Part shown: positions 50,167 to 54,064 of the stretch, one piece after another
Layout: each line of letters starts with the position of its first letter
Numbering within the stretch: the first letter of the stretch is position 1
Origin: Candidatus Lustribacter sp.
Lineage (GTDB): Bacteria > Vulcanimicrobiota > Vulcanimicrobiia > Vulcanimicrobiales > Vulcanimicrobiaceae
Assembly: GCA_036008105.1 (NCBI GenBank)
Contig: DASYOE010000392.1
Coordinates: 1-54,064 of the forward strand
Length of the DNA stretch: 54,064 nucleotides
Direction: 5' to 3'
Program-made: the position numbers and the translations under genes
Notes under the pieces: generated by a model
Told to the model about the DNA's origin: nothing
Seen by the model: the letters and a program-made list of their open reading frames with translations, nothing else
Database searches by the model: none

Positions 50167-50706
50167 GTGTCCCGGCCGGCTTCGCTCCTCGATCTGCTGA
50201 TCGTTTTCGGCCGCATCTCCGCGACCGCGTTCGGCGGCTCGTCGATTCCGATGATGCGACGGGCCGTCGTGCACGAACGCGAGTGGCTCACGGAGCACGA
50301 ATTTCTCGAAATCTACTCGCTGGCCCAGGTCTGCCCGGGCGGCGTGCCGATCACGATCGCGATTTTGGTGGGAAAGCGTCTGGCCGGCGTGCCCGGCTTT
50401 TTCGTCGCGCTCGTCGCCGAAACGCTGCCGGGGTTCGTCGTCTTGCTGATTCTGGCGATCCTGTCGCTGGATCCGCACATGACGGTATTGCGCGCCGCGC
50501 TGCGCGGTGCGTCCGCCGCCGCGCTCGGCGCGATGGTTGCCAACACGATTCAGATGACGTGGCCGTTTCGCACCAAGCTGGTCGACGTGGCCGTGATCGT
50601 CCTCGTCGCCGCCGCGGTCATCGTCTTCCACCTGACCTTATGGTACGTCTTGCTGCTCTTCTTGCCGCTCACGTTCTTCATGCTGCGCGCGGTCCGAGCC
50701 GTCTAG
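50167..50706 (+). CDS. chromate transporter (CHR) family protein, short-chain half 1
   Basis: GTG at codon 168 of ORF 49666-50706. Motifs: 'LLIVFGRISATAFGGSSIPMMRRAVVHEREWLTEHEFLEIYSLAQVCPGG'. Confidence 0.78.
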   Translation: MSRPASLLDLLIVFGRISATAFGGSSIPMMRRAVVHEREWLTEHEFLEIYSLAQVCPGGVPITIAILVGKRLAGVPGFFVALVAETLPGFVVLLILAILSLDPHMTVLRAALRGASAAALGAMVANTIQMTWPFRTKLVDVAVIVLVAAAVIVFHLTLWYVLLLFLPLTFFMLRAVRAV

Positions 50707-50707
50707 C

Positions 50708-51220
50708 GTGCTGCGCCTCGTCCTCGTGTTCGCGGTGCTGTCCGCACTGGGCTTCGGCGGCGGCAACGCCGTGTTTCCCCAAATGTACGTCGACTCGGTC
50801 GAGGTCTATCATTGGGTGACCGCGCCGCAATTCGCGGCCGACTTTGCGCTCGCGCGCCTCTCACCCGGGCCGGCGACGGGGATCAGCGCGCTGATCGGCC
50901 TCGCCGTCGGCGGGCTTCCCGGCGCGGCGCTGGCGGCGATCGCGATGTTCGTTCCGGCCGCGCTGATCGTCCTCGCGCTCAGTGCGCTGTACGACCGGTT
51001 CAGAGAACACCCGTGGCGGGCGCTCTTTCAGCGCGTGATGATTCCGATCGTCCTCGGGTTGAGTTGGGTCGGCGTCTTGCTGCTGGCGCGCGGCGCGCTG
51101 GGCGGGTGGCAAACGTGGGTCATCGGCCTGGCGGCAACCGGGCTGATGCTGTGGACGCGCATCAACGCGTCCTTGATCATCGTTGCGGCCGGAGCCCTCG
51201 GCGCGCTGATCCTGCGTTAG
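50708..51220 (+). CDS. chromate transporter (CHR) family protein, short-chain half 2
   Basis: 'LVFAVLSALGFGGGNAVFPQMYVDSVEVYHWVTAPQFAADFALARLSPGP'. It forms an adjacent pair with the preceding half, as in two-gene short-chain CHR systems. Confidence 0.8.
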   Translation: MLRLVLVFAVLSALGFGGGNAVFPQMYVDSVEVYHWVTAPQFAADFALARLSPGPATGISALIGLAVGGLPGAALAAIAMFVPAALIVLALSALYDRFREHPWRALFQRVMIPIVLGLSWVGVLLLARGALGGWQTWVIGLAATGLMLWTRINASLIIVAAGALGALILR

Positions 51221-52371
51221 ACGACCGCGCTGAACGCCCTGACCGTGTGCGACTTGAATTCGAGGATCGTGTTCTTCGCGGGATCGCGCAACACGTTCAT
51301 CGGTTCGCCGCCGCGTTCGACGATGGCTATTTGTTCGTCGAGCAGTTTCCGCAGCATGACGACACCGGTGTCCGACACGGCGAGGTGCTCCGCGCTCCGG
51401 TCGACGATCGCGCCTTGCGTTTCCCACGCCATGCGATCCTGGCTGTCGAAGTTGGTCAACGCGTACTCGCCGTTCGCGTCGACGTCGTCGGCGAGAATTT
51501 CGACCGGAATCCGGGCCGGCTGCGGCTCCGCTTGGCCGGTTTCGTTCGGCGTGAACCACGCGACGAAGATGCGCGTGCTCGTGTCGTTGACGGGCGTGCG
51601 GAAGTGCTGGGTCTCGGAGAGGCCGACCGGGATGCGCAGGATGTTCGGGAAAATCAGCGGCGGGCGGACTTCTTCTTCGAGTTCGCCGTTGCCGACGTCG
51701 TAGAAGCAGCGCTTCTCGATGCCCCACTCGCAGAGTTTGAAGTCATACGACGCGATCGGCCGGTGAAAATAGCGGGCACCCGGACTGTCGAGTCCTTTTT
51801 GCAGCATCGTGTGGCCGTGCAAATAGTAGGTGTGCACGGTGTCGGCGGTGTTTTCTTGCGCTTGCAGCCAGTTGCAGCGCAGCGTCGGACGCATCTGCCA
51901 CTTCCGCACGCCGTCGGTGCGGACGAGCACGTCCCACCGCGGCAAGAGCGGTGCCGGCAGCGGTCCCATGTAGACGAACAACATCCCGCCGAGTTCTTGC
52001 ACCGGGTACGCGCGCTGCCGCACGCGATCTTTGTACGTGCTGCCGGTGGGTTCGAACGGCTGCTCGAGCACGCTGCCGTCGGGCGCGAACTTCCAGCCGT
52101 GATACGCACAGCGAATCGCGTTGCCTTCGATGAAGCCGTAGTAGAGCGAACAGCCGCGATGCGTGCAGCGCTCGGCGACGCAGCCGAACGTTCCGTCCTC
52201 ACCCCGATACGCGACGAGGTCTTCGGAGAGCAGCGTCAAGCGCTTCCTCGGGTTCTCGCGCGTAAAGTCCGCCGCCGGCCAGAGCGCTTGCCAGTAACGG
52301 CGGAGCAGCTGGCCGCCGGGGGTATCCGGTCCGACCCCCGTCAAACGGGCGTTTTTCTCGGCAGTTAGCAT
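51217..52371 (-). CDS. Rieske [2Fe-2S] non-heme-iron oxygenase, alpha subunit-like
   Basis: The Rieske motif is 'CTHRGCSLYYG...IRCAYHGWKF' (CxH...CxxH). The catalytic domain has 'NWLQAQENTADTVHTYYLHGH'. No reductase or ferredoxin gene is present in the window. Confidence 0.9.
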   Translation of the reverse strand: MLTAEKNARLTGVGPDTPGGQLLRRYWQALWPAADFTRENPRKRLTLLSEDLVAYRGEDGTFGCVAERCTHRGCSLYYGFIEGNAIRCAYHGWKFAPDGSVLEQPFEPTGSTYKDRVRQRAYPVQELGGMLFVYMGPLPAPLLPRWDVLVRTDGVRKWQMRPTLRCNWLQAQENTADTVHTYYLHGHTMLQKGLDSPGARYFHRPIASYDFKLCEWGIEKRCFYDVGNGELEEEVRPPLIFPNILRIPVGLSETQHFRTPVNDTSTRIFVAWFTPNETGQAEPQPARIPVEILADDVDANGEYALTNFDSQDRMAWETQGAIVDRSAEHLAVSDTGVVMLRKLLDEQIAIVERGGEPMNVLRDPAKNTILEFKSHTVRAFSAVV

Positions 52372-52432
52372 CCTAACATTTTAGTCGATGCCCCTGGAGG
52401 TGTCAATTTGAGGCGTACGAACGGGACCGTTC

Positions 52433-53599
52433 ATGACGCAGACGCAGCAACAACCGCGCCAGGGCCGTGCGCAAACCCAAACGGCGTATCAGAAATGGAT
52501 GGAAGCGCAAGCGATTCCGATTCACGGCGGCTACATCGCCTACGACGCGCGCAACGTCGAACGCAAGCCGTGGAAGCTGACCGGCACGCCGGGCGCCTTC
52601 ATCGATCTGATCGGGATGGAAGGCTTTACCGGGATGCACGTGGTCGAGATCCCGCCCGGCGGCGCGACCAAACCGCAAAAACACCTCTACCAACAGCTGA
52701 TCTGCATCCTCGAGGGCCACGGCACGACCGAGGTCTGGCGCGAAGACGATCCCCAGCGCAAGATGACGTTTGAGTGGGGACCGTTCAGCCTCTTTTCGCC
52801 ACCCCTCAACACCTCATACCAGCTCTATAATGTCGGCAGCACGCCGGTCATCTACTTAGCCGTGAACGACGCGCCGATGATGATCGATCTCATCCACGAC
52901 ATCGATTTCATCTTTGACAACCCGTACGTGTTCAAGGAACGCTACGATCCCAACGACGCCGAATTCTTCACCCGCGACGAGCGTTACATGCAAGGCAATT
53001 CCGGCATGGTGTGGCGCACGAACTTCATCGACAACGTGCAGGAAGCGCTGGTCGACGCCCAAGAGGCGAAGGGCGCCGGCGTCAAGATCACGGTGTTCGA
53101 CATGGCGCAGAACTCGCTCGCCGGCCACCTCACCGAGTGGCCCGTCGGGCGCTATCACAAGTCGCACCACCATGCGGGCGGTGCCATTCTGCTGATCGCG
53201 CGCTCCGTCGGCTACAGCACGATGTGGCCGCTCGAGCTCGGCACGCGCCCCTACAAGAACAACTTCGAAGACCAGATCGTCACCGTCGACTGGGGCCCGT
53301 ACTCGGTCTTCAGCCCGCCCACGAAGTGGTTTCACCAGCATTTCAACACCGGTACGGAAACGGCGCGTCAGCTGGCCTTCCGTCCCGGCGGCAGTTCGGA
53401 GAACCCCACCGGTTTCCGCCGCTCGGGCAACCGGTACGTTCCCGGTAAGGGGCAGGGCGTCTACGTGAGCTACCGTGACGGCGGCGCGCTGATCGAGTAC
53501 GAAGACGAGGATCCGTTCATCAAACCCGACTTCGAGCGCCGCCTGAAAGCGGTCGGCATCGAGTCCAAAATGCCGGACTGGAAATACAACGCCGACTAG
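52433..53599 (+). CDS. bicupin protein (gentisate-dioxygenase-like fold), function unknown
   Basis: 388 aa with two cupin-like halves ('MHVVEIPPGGATKPQKHLYQQLICILEGHG' and 'TEWPVGRYHKSHHHAGGAILLIARSVG'). It is divergent from the Rieske oxygenase gene. Confidence 0.68.
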   Translation: MTQTQQQPRQGRAQTQTAYQKWMEAQAIPIHGGYIAYDARNVERKPWKLTGTPGAFIDLIGMEGFTGMHVVEIPPGGATKPQKHLYQQLICILEGHGTTEVWREDDPQRKMTFEWGPFSLFSPPLNTSYQLYNVGSTPVIYLAVNDAPMMIDLIHDIDFIFDNPYVFKERYDPNDAEFFTRDERYMQGNSGMVWRTNFIDNVQEALVDAQEAKGAGVKITVFDMAQNSLAGHLTEWPVGRYHKSHHHAGGAILLIARSVGYSTMWPLELGTRPYKNNFEDQIVTVDWGPYSVFSPPTKWFHQHFNTGTETARQLAFRPGGSSENPTGFRRSGNRYVPGKGQGVYVSYRDGGALIEYEDEDPFIKPDFERRLKAVGIESKMPDWKYNAD

Positions 53600-53600
53600 A

Positions 53601-54064
53601 GCCGCAACGCTGGCCGCGGCCGCGGCGTTCGCCGTCGCGCCACGTGCCCTGCGCGCGCAGGGGTTGACGCCGCTGCGCGTCGTCGGTTCGCCGGACGAGG
53701 ATATCATCGGCGCGCTCTGGGGCGCGCAGAGCGGCATCTTCCGGAAGTACGGCCTCGACGTCAGCGTACAAAAGCTCAACAGCGGCGCCGCGGTCTCGGC
53801 CGGCGTCATCGGCGGTTCGATCGACATCGGCAAATCGAACGGCTTCGGGCTCGTGCTGGCGCACGCGAAGGGGATCCCGTTCTTGCTCAGGCGCCGGCGT
53901 CGAACTACTCGACCGAGTTCCCGAGCGGCGAGCTCGTGGTGGCGAAGGATTCGCCGATTCGCAGCGCGCGCGACCTCAACGGCAAGACGCTGGCGGTCCC
54001 CGCCATCGGCGATCTTTTCAGCATCGTCGACTCGGGCTGGATCGACCAGAACGGCGGCGATTCG
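53601..54064 (+). pseudogene. NMT1/THI5-like substrate-binding protein, paralog 4; apparently frameshifted, lacking a canonical start, and truncated by the window end
   Basis: Frame 0 reads 'RAATLAAAAAFAVAPRALRAQGLTPLRVVGSPDEDIIGALWGAQSGIFRKYGLDVSVQKLNSGAAVSAGVIGGSIDIGKSNGFGLVLAHAKGIPFLL'. Homology then continues in the +2 frame from about 53891: 'APASNYSTEFPSGELVVAKDSPIRSARDLNGKTLAVPAIGDLFSIVDSGWIDQNGGDS'. No ATG/GTG/TTG precedes the signal-peptide-like part. Confidence 0.5.

Overview
This is a high-GC (roughly two-thirds G+C by eye, not computed) bacterial chromosomal segment, very densely coded, with about 58 protein-coding genes. I found no rRNA, tRNA, CRISPR array, IS element or prophage. 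From 1 to ~35 kb it is mostly core housekeeping in long co-directional arrays whose stop and start codons overlap: carB, a PBP2-type transpeptidase plus a five-PASTA Ser/Thr kinase, ruvCAB, a SpoIID-domain protein, PilZ-queA-Hpt-REC/HD-GYP, rqcH-like, gmk-rpoZ-glmS-rph, mlaEFD, rhomboid, panE, HU, then psuK-psuG-pgi-gnd. After a xerC/D-like recombinase (~35-36 kb) the content becomes accessory and catabolic. It includes MarR plus an FAD monooxygenase, a FAH-family hydrolase, methyltransferases, an aldo/keto reductase, a cytosine-deaminase-like amidohydrolase, a split chromate transporter, a Rieske oxygenase and a bicupin, interleaved with four paralogous orphan NMT1-like solute-binding proteins. 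The candidates most worth follow-up are listed here. (1) A palindrome-fronted two-gene secreted module at 42.0-44.2 kb, whose 536-aa product has a Gly-run and an N/S/T/Y/H-rich pseudo-repeat domain and matches no family I recognise. (2) An mlaEFD operon whose 530-aa MlaD ends in an outer-membrane-barrel-like domain, preceded by an unknown helical protein. (3) An uncharacterised 328-aa protein coupled to a cupin at 27.7-29.2 kb. (4) A c-di-GMP/phosphorelay module wrapped around queA. (5) Genes such as queA and the PBP whose conserved N-termini lie upstream of any ATG/GTG/TTG. All calls come from reading the translated ORFs and the sequence by eye. No searches were run, and coordinates of non-coding motifs may be off by 1-2 nt.
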